From Thermotogota bacterium (GTDB lineage: Bacteria > Thermotogota > Thermotogae > Petrotogales > Kosmotogaceae), in the NCBI GenBank assembly GCA_034660555.1, contig JAYEJL010000181.1, positions 1 through 33,918 on the forward strand: 33,918 bases of DNA. The letters run 5' to 3'. Of the stretch, positions 8,909-18,851 are shown piece by piece. The position numbers were made by a program, and so were the translations under genes. The notes below the pieces were generated by a model. It was not told the origin of the DNA. It saw only the letters and a program-made list of their open reading frames with translations, and ran no database searches. Position 1 is the stretch's first letter; each line of letters begins with the position of its first letter.

Positions 8909-10000
8909 ATGAAAGTTGAAGAAGTAAAATACTTAAGTAAAAAGATAATGGACGCAAATGAAGTTCCACTTGTTTGGGGACACTTTGGAGTTGGCAAAAC
9001 AGATCTGGCCAGAGAAATTGCTGAAGAAACTAACAGAGAGCTTATAATACTTGTTATTTCACAAATGGAGCCAGGGGACCTAATTGGATTGCCTTCGCGT
9101 GGTGAAGATAAAACAGAGTTTTTAAAACCAGATTGGTGGCCTGAACACGGAAATGTAATCTTAATGATTGATGAAATCAACAGAGCCCATAGATCAATAA
9201 GAAATGCCATAATGCAACTGCTTATCGACAGGAGGATTCACAATCATTTTCTACCCGAAGGAAGCTGGGTTCTGGCTGCTGCAAACCCCCCAGATGAGGA
9301 ATACGATCAAGTTGAACTTATCACTGACCCTGCATTCATGTCAAGATTCTTCCATCTTGAGATAACTCCAACACCTGAAGAATGGATAAATTGGGCAAAT
9401 TCGATGAAAGTACCAGCGGACATTACGAATTTTATTAAAGAATATCCAGAATTTCTTTCAAGAGATACTGTGGTATCCATGAGACTTGAACTTAGACCAA
9501 GTCCAAGAAGCTGGTATAAACTCGGTAACGTTTTCAAATCACTGGATGAAAAAGATATTGAAAAATTTGGCTATCCCATAGCAGCCGGTATGATTGGCCC
9601 TGAAGCAGCGAGAACGTTTATTAATAGAATTGAAGGAAAGCTAATTCTTCCCCAGGTAGAAGATGTTTTACTTAATCTTGACAATAATACAATAAAAAGA
9701 ATAGAAAACATGAATATATCGGCAGTAAGTGCGCTTGTTTCTAGAATTACCAAGTATCTTTCTGAACTAAGTGAGCCAAAACTTCAGGAGATTATGGAGA
9801 AGATTCCTAAATTAGCATCAAATTTGCTTAAACTTGGAAAGATAATTCCTAAAGATTCCTTTTTTGGCATTATAAGACATATTGTATATAAGATGCAGAA
9901 AGAGAAAGGCCTGAGAAGAGTTTTCTTTGAAAAGCTCATTGAAGAGCTTGCAGTTGATGATGAAATCCTTCATTTCTTAGAAAAGAGGGAAAATAATTGA
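8909..10000 (+). CDS. MoxR-type AAA+ ATPase (TM0930-like subfamily)
   Basis: Walker A GHFGVGKT, Walker B LMIDEINRA, sensor-1 AAANP, DPAFMSRF arginine finger, PSPRSW sensor-2. Confidence 0.9.
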   Translation: MKVEEVKYLSKKIMDANEVPLVWGHFGVGKTDLAREIAEETNRELIILVISQMEPGDLIGLPSRGEDKTEFLKPDWWPEHGNVILMIDEINRAHRSIRNAIMQLLIDRRIHNHFLPEGSWVLAAANPPDEEYDQVELITDPAFMSRFFHLEITPTPEEWINWANSMKVPADITNFIKEYPEFLSRDTVVSMRLELRPSPRSWYKLGNVFKSLDEKDIEKFGYPIAAGMIGPEAARTFINRIEGKLILPQVEDVLLNLDNNTIKRIENMNISAVSALVSRITKYLSELSEPKLQEIMEKIPKLASNLLKLGKIIPKDSFFGIIRHIVYKMQKEKGLRRVFFEKLIEELAVDDEILHFLEKRENN

Positions 10001-11187
10001 ACAGTGATATTGTTCAGGAAGCAGTAATTGAAATTTCAAGGGATAGCCCCTTTTACAATTACCTGTTTATGTTTATAGAAAGGTTACCTAGTTCAACTGT
10101 AAGAACACTTAAACTCAGGGTATCATCATCAGGTAATCTTCAGTTACTTTATAATCCTGAAATTTTAGGCAACAAAGACTTTTTGCTCGTGCAGGCGCTT
10201 CTTAAGCATGAATGTTTACACATAGTAAACGGTCATATTCTAATTTCTGTAAAAAATAAAAGAGATAGAACCCTGTGGAATCTGTGTATGGATGCAGCAA
10301 TAAATCAATACATTCGAGAAATAGATGTCTTGAGTATGCCCCTTGACAAATTATTACTTGAAGGCTGTGGGACTGATAACGAGAATTTCTTTGTTTCTCC
10401 ACCTGGTTCTCTTCCGGGAAAAATTGCTGAAGAATATCATGATTGGGCAATAGACTTTATGAAAAATAACAATACAGTTGATCTTGAAGTAATCGAAACT
10501 AATATGACTATGCCTGATTCGCATGAAGAATTTGGTGATTTTGAAATACCTCATGAATATATTGTTGAGCTCTTAAAGAATGTTATTGCAGAAACCTATG
10601 AAAAAGCCAAGGATGGTGTGCCAGAGGGAATAGAATCCTCCATATCGTTGCTCTTAAATAAACCCATACTTGATTGGAGAACTATTATCAGAAGATTTAT
10701 AGGTTCATCTCTTCATGTAGGCAGATATCGTACACCAATGAAGCCAAACAGACGTTACGATGATCAACCTGGCTGGAGAAATGATTACGCAGCAAAGGTT
10801 GTTATTGTAGTTGATACAAGCGGTAGCATAATCGAAGAAGAGTTCAACTCTTTCTTCAGCGAAATCGATGCGTTGACACGAATAACAGATTCACGTATAT
10901 GGCTTGTTCAGGTTGATGAAGCTGTTCAATCAGTGATGCAGTACTCAAAAGGAGTGTGGAAAGATTTAAAACTAATAGGTCGAGGCGAGACCGATCTCCA
11001 ACCTGCCATAGATTATGCGCAGGAAGAATTGCGCCCAGAAGGGATAATTGTATTTACAGACGGTTATACTGACTTACCGGTAGTGAAAAGAAAAGTCTTG
11101 TTTGTATTGTCCAGTAAATGTAACGACACGTTCTTTGATGACTGCGAAAATATTTATGGTCGTTCGTCAGCGGTGATAGTTAAATGA
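9997..11187 (+). CDS. DUF2201-type protein: HExxH metallopeptidase-like domain plus VWA domain
   Basis: KHECLH and WNLCMDAAIN in the N-terminal domain; MIDAS VDTSGS, GRGETD and FTDG in the VWA. TTGA overlap with the ATPase. Confidence 0.9.
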   Translation: MNSDIVQEAVIEISRDSPFYNYLFMFIERLPSSTVRTLKLRVSSSGNLQLLYNPEILGNKDFLLVQALLKHECLHIVNGHILISVKNKRDRTLWNLCMDAAINQYIREIDVLSMPLDKLLLEGCGTDNENFFVSPPGSLPGKIAEEYHDWAIDFMKNNNTVDLEVIETNMTMPDSHEEFGDFEIPHEYIVELLKNVIAETYEKAKDGVPEGIESSISLLLNKPILDWRTIIRRFIGSSLHVGRYRTPMKPNRRYDDQPGWRNDYAAKVVIVVDTSGSIIEEEFNSFFSEIDALTRITDSRIWLVQVDEAVQSVMQYSKGVWKDLKLIGRGETDLQPAIDYAQEELRPEGIIVFTDGYTDLPVVKRKVLFVLSSKCNDTFFDDCENIYGRSSAVIVK

Positions 11188-12056
11188 GTATTTACAGTGG
11201 TCCCAAATTACTTGAAAAGGATTTTATTGGTTATTACCAAGATCTAAAGGATAAATTAGCTACAGAATCAAAAGTACTTACTGAGCGGGAAGATTTGCTT
11301 GAAACCCGATTTGGACACTTCTGCACAACAATTGTAAAAGATTCTTTTTCGAGATTTCCTGTGCTTTCATTCTTTGTAGATTCAGAAGGGAAGAGTTTTT
11401 TTGGAATTTCTTCTTCCAACCCACTTGAAACTTCCAGTGCCATATATCGATTTACAGACCTGACACTATTAGAGAAAAGCAAGTCGATTTATAAAGAGTT
11501 ATTTCCTGAAAGTTTATCCCAGAAGGTACAAAGGGTTATACTGCAATATCCTTTAAAATTAAATTTTATAGCAATTTGTGGGAATGAAAGATTAATAAGA
11601 AGAGAGAAATTAAAGGACACAATGTCGGGCACAAATTACATGACTCTTTCAGAAAGGATAAATGATTCACTTTACAAAAGATTTCTGGAAGCATTTCGAA
11701 AATGGATCAATTTCCCTAAGGGATCGATCTTAGTTTTTCCCTATCAGGATAAAGTAAAATATGCCCTTGGAATTCCTAATTTTGATTATCGTATTGATTC
11801 ATCTATAATTATTGAATTTTCGAGGCTTTTCAGAAAAACCGTGATAGATAAAGTGCCTTTTCTAAAACAAACAAGCGTGACACCTGATATGAATCTAAAT
11901 ACAACCGTTGCCACTGTTTTCGAATCGAATCTTCTGCATGCTGAAAAAATAATTAATAAACTCGATGATTTCTATTCTTTGTATTATGACACTATTAATA
12001 AAGCTGTTTTATCTGTACAATCCAGTGTAAATGAAAACATAGATAATTTTAAATGA
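11184..12056 (+). CDS. Conserved hypothetical protein (possibly Thermotogota DUF4895-like)
   Basis: 290-aa ORF coupled by an ATGA overlap to the VWA gene. Family call is from recalled synteny only. Confidence 0.6.
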   Translation: MSIYSGPKLLEKDFIGYYQDLKDKLATESKVLTEREDLLETRFGHFCTTIVKDSFSRFPVLSFFVDSEGKSFFGISSSNPLETSSAIYRFTDLTLLEKSKSIYKELFPESLSQKVQRVILQYPLKLNFIAICGNERLIRREKLKDTMSGTNYMTLSERINDSLYKRFLEAFRKWINFPKGSILVFPYQDKVKYALGIPNFDYRIDSSIIIEFSRLFRKTVIDKVPFLKQTSVTPDMNLNTTVATVFESNLLHAEKIINKLDDFYSLYYDTINKAVLSVQSSVNENIDNFK

Positions 12057-12093
12057 ATGTTTGATAAATAATTATTCTTACCAGGAGATTGTT

Positions 12094-12654
12094 ATGCCTG
12101 ATTTTAGAACGCATATTTCAATTGGTCTGTATACTTATCCCATCTATATAGCAGCGTTTATAGGAATAACTGAAGTTTTTAATATTAAATTCACCATCAC
12201 CGCTCCATTTATATGCATAGGTTATTTACTCTATATTTTAGGCAGCGATTTGCCTGACATAGATTCGCACTCTGCTTTGATTAAACGTACAACAGAGGTA
12301 ATTTTATCTGCCATTGTTTCAGCTATTTTTTATATAAGCGTATCCTATCCATTTTTTCAGGATTATTTAATTGATTTCACAAATTCAAACGCTTTAGGCA
12401 TTGGAACTTCTTTCGCCATATCTGTTCTCATAGGATTTGGAGTGTCCAGAGTAATCGACCTTCTCTCGCATAGAGGATTTATGCATACACTTATCGCAGC
12501 TATTTGTTTTGCTTTACTTATTAGCGCGATTTATCTTTTATCAGAGGGATTTCAAATAACAGATCCGGTGGTTATTACAAATTCACTATATATTTCTCTT
12601 TCAGGTTTTTTTGGATACCTTCTACATCTAATTGCTGATAGAATTAAAGCATAG
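12094..12654 (+). CDS. Membrane-bound metal-dependent hydrolase (YdjM/DUF457 family)
   Basis: MPDFRTH, GSDLPDID, SHRGFMHTL and GYLLHLIAD motifs. SD AGGAG precedes ATG 12094. Confidence 0.88.
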   Translation: MPDFRTHISIGLYTYPIYIAAFIGITEVFNIKFTITAPFICIGYLLYILGSDLPDIDSHSALIKRTTEVILSAIVSAIFYISVSYPFFQDYLIDFTNSNALGIGTSFAISVLIGFGVSRVIDLLSHRGFMHTLIAAICFALLISAIYLLSEGFQITDPVVITNSLYISLSGFFGYLLHLIADRIKA

Positions 12655-12689
12655 GGCGATTTTGGTTATAAAGGGGGAATAATTTTTCA

Positions 12690-12971
12690 ATGAAAGATAA
12701 AAAGGGTATGAAGGGAATTAGATTGTTTTTTGAGCTTATCTACTTCCCCGTTATCTTTGCTCTCTTATTTATGTTAATTGGTGGATTTATTATAGGTCTT
12801 TGGCTATCTATTATTGGTCTTTTTGGAATTATTTTGATGATTTATTTACGTTATAAAATGTATAAGAAGATTGCTGATGAGTTGTATTCTGATGAGACTG
12901 TTGACTCTGGAGGTACAAAAGAAGTTAGTGAAGCTTCAAATAATGATATAGAAAAGGGGGAAGATGAATAA
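12690..12971 (+). CDS. Small two-TM hypothetical protein with acidic tail
   Basis: 93 aa, SD AGGGGGA, hydrophobic N-terminal half. Confidence 0.7.
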   Translation: MKDKKGMKGIRLFFELIYFPVIFALLFMLIGGFIIGLWLSIIGLFGIILMIYLRYKMYKKIADELYSDETVDSGGTKEVSEASNNDIEKGEDE

Positions 12972-12983
12972 ATCTTCCCCTTT
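12957..12983. terminator. Bidirectional intrinsic terminator between the MoxR operon and infB
   Basis: ggggaagat-gaataa-atcttcccc perfect 9-bp stem, with an A-run before and a T-run after. Confidence 0.7.
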
Positions 12984-13001
12984 ACTATACTAAAAATATC
13001 T

Positions 13002-15089
13002 TTATTGATTTTCATTAAAATCAAGTGTTCTTCGAACCTGCTTTTTTATGCGGAATTCAAGTTCATCTCCTTTTTCTATGTCTTCGAATTCTTCTAGTTT
13101 GATACCACATTCTTTTGGTGCCTCGATTCTTGATACATCGTCTTTGTAATGCTTTAAGGTTTCTATAGGTCCATCATGGATTTCTTCACCGTTTCTATAT
13201 ACACGTACTTCGCCTTTCTTCTGCACGTGTCCATCGGTCATCTGTACACCTGCAATATATCCAACTTTCTTTATTCTGAATACTTCTTTTACCTCACCAT
13301 GACCGGTTGTTTCATCTATTTCTTCTGGCTCAAGCAATCCTTCAAGTGCCTTCTTAAAATCATCTATAAGTTCAAAAATAATATCATAAGTCCTTATTTG
13401 AACATCTTCTACCTCTGCGTCTTTTCTTGCTTCACTATTAGGCTTAACGTTAAATCCCAATATAACTGCATTCGATGCTGCTGCAAGCATTACATCGCTT
13501 GAATTTATTGAACCTATACCCGAATGTATTACCTCAATATGCACTTCTTCTGTTTCCAGTCTCGCAACTGATTGTTTTAAAGCTTCTACAGTACCAAAGG
13601 AATCCGCTTTGATAATGAGATTAAGTGTTTTTGTTTCTTCACCTTCTGAGGTTTTGGCAAACTCTTCCAGCTTTACTCCTTTTTTACCTTTTATCATTGA
13701 TTCTTTTGATTCTTTCTTTTCAGCACTTTCTTTTACTTCTCTTGCTTGATCAAGTGTTTCCACAACGTACATTATCTCGTTCACATCAGGAACTTCATCA
13801 AAACCCAGTATTTGAATGGGTTCAGATGGTTTCGCCTCTTTCACTCGTTTACCTGTTTCATCAATTAGTGCTTTTACCTTACCAAGTGTGGAACCTGCAA
13901 CCAGGTAGTCACCTCTTTTTAAAATGCCATCTTTTACAATGGCATTGGCCAGTGGACCAATGGCTTTATCAAGTCTGGATTCAACAATAACACCTCTTGC
14001 CGGACCCTCTGGAACACAGCGAATTTCGTTCATTTCAGCAACAAGTAGCACCATTTCCAATAACTCATCTATACCCTTTCCATTAAGTGCTGAAATGGGA
14101 ACTGTTATTGTATCTCCACCCCAATCTTCTGGAACTAAACCAAGTTTAGAAGCCAATTGTTGTTTGGTCATTTCTACATTTGCATTGGGTTTATCAATTT
14201 TATTGATAGCAACTACTATCGGAACATTTGCTGTTTTGGCATGATCAAAAGCCTCCACAGTTTGAGGCATAACACCATCGTCAGCCGCAACTACTAAAAT
14301 TACAATGTCAGTTGCCTGTGCCCCTCTGGCACGCATTTCAGTAAATGCTTCATGACCGGGAGTATCAATGAATGTAATCAGTTTATTATTGACGTGAATT
14401 TGATAAGCACCAACAGATTGGGTTATTCCACCCGCTTCACTTTCAGCTACCTTCGTTTTTCTTAAGTGATCCAGCAATGTAGTTTTACCGTGGTCAACAT
14501 GTCCCATTACCGTGACAACAGGTGGTCTCTGAACCAAATTTTTCTCATCTTGATACAGTTTTTCAAACTTTTTCTTCAATGCTTCTACTGGATCAATTAT
14601 TTCTTCCCTTTGGAGTTCAATTTCGCAGTTATATTCCCTGGCAATTTTTCTTGCTTCTTCCAGACTCAATGTTTGTGGTGGACGTAATACTATACCTTTT
14701 GAAAAATAATCTCTAATAATCTTTGCAACGGGAGTATTCATCTTTGAAGCAAGCACATTTAGTTTTAGCTCTTCAGGTTTTACATAGATCTTCTTTATTT
14801 CTGTCTCTTTATCTTCTGTTTTTTCTTTCCTTTTTGCTTTTTTCTCTTCTTCTTCAACTTCTTCTTTCTCTTTTTCCTTTTTGTGTTTCGACTTTTTCTT
14901 TGTTTTTACAGTAGTTTTTTCTTCCTCGGTTTCAACTTCATACAGACCAAGAATTATGTTAACCGTTTCATCGTCGAGAACTGACATGTGGCTTTTTGTT
15001 GGAATATCAAGTTCTTCAAGCTCATCCATTAATTCTTTTGTTGATATTTTTAGTCTTTTTGCTAGTTCATATACACGGGTCTTGGACAC
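13002..15089 (-). CDS. infB: Translation initiation factor IF-2
   Basis: IF2_N (RVYELAK), RPPVVTVMGHVDHGKT, DTPGHEAF and NKID motifs. GGAGGTG SD precedes GTG 15089. Confidence 0.98.
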   Translation of the reverse strand: MSKTRVYELAKRLKISTKELMDELEELDIPTKSHMSVLDDETVNIILGLYEVETEEEKTTVKTKKKSKHKKEKEKEEVEEEEKKAKRKEKTEDKETEIKKIYVKPEELKLNVLASKMNTPVAKIIRDYFSKGIVLRPPQTLSLEEARKIAREYNCEIELQREEIIDPVEALKKKFEKLYQDEKNLVQRPPVVTVMGHVDHGKTTLLDHLRKTKVAESEAGGITQSVGAYQIHVNNKLITFIDTPGHEAFTEMRARGAQATDIVILVVAADDGVMPQTVEAFDHAKTANVPIVVAINKIDKPNANVEMTKQQLASKLGLVPEDWGGDTITVPISALNGKGIDELLEMVLLVAEMNEIRCVPEGPARGVIVESRLDKAIGPLANAIVKDGILKRGDYLVAGSTLGKVKALIDETGKRVKEAKPSEPIQILGFDEVPDVNEIMYVVETLDQAREVKESAEKKESKESMIKGKKGVKLEEFAKTSEGEETKTLNLIIKADSFGTVEALKQSVARLETEEVHIEVIHSGIGSINSSDVMLAAASNAVILGFNVKPNSEARKDAEVEDVQIRTYDIIFELIDDFKKALEGLLEPEEIDETTGHGEVKEVFRIKKVGYIAGVQMTDGHVQKKGEVRVYRNGEEIHDGPIETLKHYKDDVSRIEAPKECGIKLEEFEDIEKGDELEFRIKKQVRRTLDFNENQ

Positions 15090-15411
15090 TAACGACACCT
15101 CCAGATTTTGACTTCTTCAGTATCTTATTAGCCAGAATTCTGTCCGTTACTCCAACAGCAGATATTTCAGACTTTCCAATACTTTTTCCCAATCGTTTTT
15201 TGTTTATGTCTTTCAATATAATTATAACTACATTTTCTCTTTTGCATAACCCCAGTAGATAATCACGTAAACTCTTCCCTGCATCTTCTGCCAGTACAAC
15301 TATAATGTTTTTCTTATTATATATAGCTTTTTTTATGGGTTCTTTTCCAAAAACAATATTACCTGATTTTTTGCATATTCCTAAAAGGTTCAAAATTTCC
15401 GTTTTTCTAAT
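15067..15411 (-). CDS. L7Ae/L30e-family RNA-binding protein (YlxQ/RplGA-like), probable AUU start
   Basis: LLGICKKSG, VLAEDAG and LGKSIGK motifs. GGAGG at 15423-15419 lies 7 nt before an in-frame ATT at 15411. Overlaps the infB start by 23 nt. Confidence 0.85.
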   Translation of the reverse strand: MRKTEILNLLGICKKSGNIVFGKEPIKKAIYNKKNIIVVLAEDAGKSLRDYLLGLCKRENVVIIILKDINKKRLGKSIGKSEISAVGVTDRILANKILKKSKSGGVVSVQDPCI

Positions 15412-15424
15412 AAATATGCCTCCA

Positions 15425-16078
15425 CTATTCCTTCACTTCGTAATCAAGGACAACTACATCAAGATCATAATCTTTCAAATCACCAGGTGTTTCAAGAACC
15501 AGAAAATCCTTTTCCTGATGATCATCGAAATAGCTTAGGAAATCATCCACAGTTTTTATAGGCCAGTCAGAAATTACTTCTGTTTTGAAGTGCATAGGAA
15601 TAACTATTTTTGGTTTTAATTGTTTTGAAAATCCTGCTGCTATATCTGGTTCAAATGTGTATTTACCACCTGCCGGAACAAATAATATGTCAGGATTCGT
15701 AATAAAATTGACAACATCTTCTGAGGGAATCGCGCCAAGATCACCAAGATGAACTATTCTAAAACCTTCTGGTGTGGTTATCTTAAAAATGATATTATTA
15801 CCCCTCTTCTTTCCTTGTTCATCATCATGGAAAGAACTATATCCTTCAATCTTAAAGCCTTTAACCTCACCTTCAATTATGTCATCTTTTATTATTTGAA
15901 AATCACCTTTTAATAGATGATGCGCATTATGATCGAAATGCTGATGGCTTTCTAATACGAGATCAGGTTTTATTTCGGGCAAACTATAACCGACAGTCTC
16001 ATCAAAAGGGTCAGTTACAATTACTTTATTGCCACTTTGTATTAAAAAACAGGCGTGTCCAAACCATCTAATTTTCAT
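15425..16078 (-). CDS. MBL-fold metallo-hydrolase (UlaG/Lactamase_B_3-like)
   Basis: MKIRWFGHACF, TDPF, SHQHFDH, HLGDLG and IPMHF motifs. Confidence 0.92.
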   Translation of the reverse strand: MKIRWFGHACFLIQSGNKVIVTDPFDETVGYSLPEIKPDLVLESHQHFDHNAHHLLKGDFQIIKDDIIEGEVKGFKIEGYSSFHDDEQGKKRGNNIIFKITTPEGFRIVHLGDLGAIPSEDVVNFITNPDILFVPAGGKYTFEPDIAAGFSKQLKPKIVIPMHFKTEVISDWPIKTVDDFLSYFDDHQEKDFLVLETPGDLKDYDLDVVVLDYEVKE

Positions 16079-16096
16079 AGATATCACCCCAAACGA

Positions 16097-16120
16097 ATTA
16101 TATCATGCTTCTGATAGAAT
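16097..16120. promoter_or_regulatory. Back-to-back extended -10 promoters for the infB operon (-) and the MMPL gene (+)
   Basis: TGaTATAAT on the minus strand at 16105-16097; TGaTAGAAT on the plus strand at 16112-16120. Confidence 0.55.
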
Positions 16121-16147
16121 ATTCTTAAGGAGGAGTGAAAGAGAAAG

Positions 16148-18280
16148 ATGTTCAAACTGCGTTTTGCTGTAATAATCATAACAATATTTATATCATTAAT
16201 CGCAATAATTGATATGAGCGATGAAATAAAAATCGATACTGATCCACAGGCTTTCATTCCAGAAAATGAGTATGTAAAAAGTTATAGACTCTATGCTGAG
16301 AAAACCGGTACCCTAAACACCGGAATGTTTCTAATTGAAATGAGTGAAAAGAAGGATCATTTAATAGAAGCACTTGATTATCTTAGAACTTCACTATACA
16401 AGCATGTAGGTAATGGCATTGATAGAGTATTCAGCCCTCTAGACGCTATACAGTTTAGAATTACCTCACTTTTACCACTAAGATTTGAAACCACTAATAT
16501 TCTTAATAATATAGATGATCTTGAACATCTAATTGAAGATCCGCTTTACAGTAACTTTCTTGTTTCAAAAGACGGAAAATATGTAAATACATTCTTTTGG
16601 ATGTCGGAACTCGAAAATAAAGAGTCTCTAACTGCAGCTTTAGAAAAAATCGAAAGAGAATTGGAGGAGGAGTACAATCTTGAAGCAATGGTTTTTGGCG
16701 AATTCCTCATTCAAAAAACTCTTTTTGATTACATAAAGCAATCCACATTTTTATATCCACCATTGATCATACTGATTATCGTTGTTTTATTTGGAGTTAC
16801 ACTTAAAGATTTCTGGCTGGGGTTAATTGCTATCATTCCTTCTGTTGTCGCTGTTGTTTTTGCTTACTGGTTAATGATCAGATTCAATATTACTATCAAC
16901 ACTTTGACAACTCTGGTCGGTTCTTTAATTGTTATTATTGGTTCTGTTTACGGACTTCATGTTACAAAAAGGCTACTGATCAATAGAGAAAAAGCAACAT
17001 CTGACTTTGAGTTGTTCAAGATTGCTCTGAGAGAAGAAATCGTACCAATAATGTTTTCTTCTTTTACCACTGTGGCTGCTTTTATGTCTTTTATATTTTG
17101 CCCTATGAGGGCTTTCAAAATGTTTGGTTTGTTCATTTCGATTGGTCTAATGATAACGGCTCTTTACGCTTGCTTTTTATTACCTTTTTTCGTCAATGTT
17201 AAGGTTAAGCATCATCATCAAAGACCTATTAAACTGGAATTCCTTGTTATACCCAGCAAGAATGTTTTGAATATACTGAAGTATGTTTGTGTAATTATAA
17301 TTGTTGCAGGAATCTTTTCAATTCCATTTGTAAGAGTTTCTACCGATGAACTATCATATCTTTCCAGTAATAGTGAACTAGTTACCAGTGCTGAAAATAT
17401 AAGAGAAAGCTTTGAATATTTGATTCCATACTATGTTGTGATTGATAAACCAGAACACAATAAATTTTCAAGTGATGCTGATTTTTTAACTACGATTAAT
17501 AGTGAACTGCAGAAAATTGAACATATAAATGGAACAAAAAGTTTGATGGATGTTTCTAAATCTACTGGTTTTGGACTGTCAGTTTTAAGTTCTCCTTTGC
17601 TTAAAGATACTGGCCTAGGTTCATTTTTAACAACCTTTGTAACAGAGGACGATTATATCATTATAGTCAACTCTACAGTAACGGATACAAAAAAAGCAGG
17701 TGAAATGGAAACCGAAATAAACGAACTTCTCGATTTTTATAACCTTACTGGTAATGTGTATTCACCTGTCTTAATATGGAAAAGAATAAATAATGAAGTT
17801 GTTATAAATCAAACTGTAAGCATGCTTGGTGCACTTGCTGTCATCTTTCTGTTAACTGCTATCTTATTAAAGAGTATTACAGATGCAACTATGTCAATTA
17901 TTGGCGTTATTTCAGCCATAATGTCTGCTTTCATAGCAATGGCAATTTTTTCAATACCTCTGGAAATAGGCACATCGATTGTTTCTGTTATGCTTGCAGG
18001 AATCGTCATTGATTATTCCATTCATCTCAAAATTTGGCAAAAACGTGATCAAAAAGGTTATCCTGAGGTTGTCAAGACAGTAGTGGCTAATTCATACGCC
18101 TTAGCTCTTGGATTTTCTGTGCTTCTGTTTTCTCCACTCAAGCTATATGCTAGAGTTGCAGTTATTGTGGTAATTGGTGTCCTTGTAGGCAGTTACATTA
18201 CTATCTCTGTTCTATCAGGCGAAAAATTCGTGAAAATCCTAAATAGATTCAAGTTGATAAAAAGAAGAAAAAAGAATTAA
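16148..18280 (+). CDS. MMPL/RND-superfamily transporter
   Basis: Two repeats of TM + large extracytoplasmic loop + TM bundle, with IDYSIH and SSFTTVAAF motifs. AGGAGG SD. Confidence 0.88.
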   Translation: MFKLRFAVIIITIFISLIAIIDMSDEIKIDTDPQAFIPENEYVKSYRLYAEKTGTLNTGMFLIEMSEKKDHLIEALDYLRTSLYKHVGNGIDRVFSPLDAIQFRITSLLPLRFETTNILNNIDDLEHLIEDPLYSNFLVSKDGKYVNTFFWMSELENKESLTAALEKIERELEEEYNLEAMVFGEFLIQKTLFDYIKQSTFLYPPLIILIIVVLFGVTLKDFWLGLIAIIPSVVAVVFAYWLMIRFNITINTLTTLVGSLIVIIGSVYGLHVTKRLLINREKATSDFELFKIALREEIVPIMFSSFTTVAAFMSFIFCPMRAFKMFGLFISIGLMITALYACFLLPFFVNVKVKHHHQRPIKLEFLVIPSKNVLNILKYVCVIIIVAGIFSIPFVRVSTDELSYLSSNSELVTSAENIRESFEYLIPYYVVIDKPEHNKFSSDADFLTTINSELQKIEHINGTKSLMDVSKSTGFGLSVLSSPLLKDTGLGSFLTTFVTEDDYIIIVNSTVTDTKKAGEMETEINELLDFYNLTGNVYSPVLIWKRINNEVVINQTVSMLGALAVIFLLTAILLKSITDATMSIIGVISAIMSAFIAMAIFSIPLEIGTSIVSVMLAGIVIDYSIHLKIWQKRDQKGYPEVVKTVVANSYALALGFSVLLFSPLKLYARVAVIVVIGVLVGSYITISVLSGEKFVKILNRFKLIKRRKKN

Positions 18281-18299
18281 TAAATCTTGGCTATGTGAA

Positions 18300-18851
18300 C
18301 TATTTATGAGAAAGCTCGATTTTTTTTATAGTTATTCCTTCTAAAGAAAAGAGTGTAAGCTCTACTTTATTACCAAGCGTTTTTATAACAGCATATGAAC
18401 CTCCTGTATCATCTTTAGGTAATGATGCACTTCCAGGATTTAATAAAACCTTATCATTTTCCTTTCTTAACTCTGCAATATGGGTGTGCCCTCTAATGAA
18501 TATGTCAGCATCTTTGTTTATTTCATGATGGCCGTGAAAGATAACCACGCTCAAACTGTTTACTTTGATTTCCTTCACGGTAAACAGATTGTTTATGTTC
18601 ATTATCATTAAATCTACGTCTGCATCACAATTACCACGAACACCAATCAAACGATTTTTGTTTTCTTTAAAAAAGTTTGCTAATTTTTCCGGATAATACC
18701 CATCAGGAATTCGATTCCTTGGACCATGATAAAGAAAATCTCCCGCATGAATCATGTAATCAAATTTTTCTTCATTATTTAGTACCTTTTTCAACTTATC
18801 GTATGATCCGTGAGTATCCGATACCACAAGATATTTTATTTGTTCAGCCAT
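18300..18851 (-). CDS. yfcE: YfcE-family metallophosphoesterase / phosphodiesterase
   Basis: SDTHGS, GDFLYHGPRN, VRGNCD, GHTH and NPGS motifs. Confidence 0.9.
   Translation of the reverse strand: MAEQIKYLVVSDTHGSYDKLKKVLNNEEKFDYMIHAGDFLYHGPRNRIPDGYYPEKLANFFKENKNRLIGVRGNCDADVDLMIMNINNLFTVKEIKVNSLSVVIFHGHHEINKDADIFIRGHTHIAELRKENDKVLLNPGSASLPKDDTGGSYAVIKTLGNKVELTLFSLEGITIKKIELSHK

Noticed and set aside
14800..14935. Purine/pyrimidine-skewed low-complexity tract
   Set aside because: Encodes the K/E-rich linker of IF-2; not a repeat array.
13002..16078. infB lacking flanking rimP/nusA/ylxR and rbfA
   Set aside because: As I recall, this split is ordinary for Thermotogota, so it is not counted as novel.
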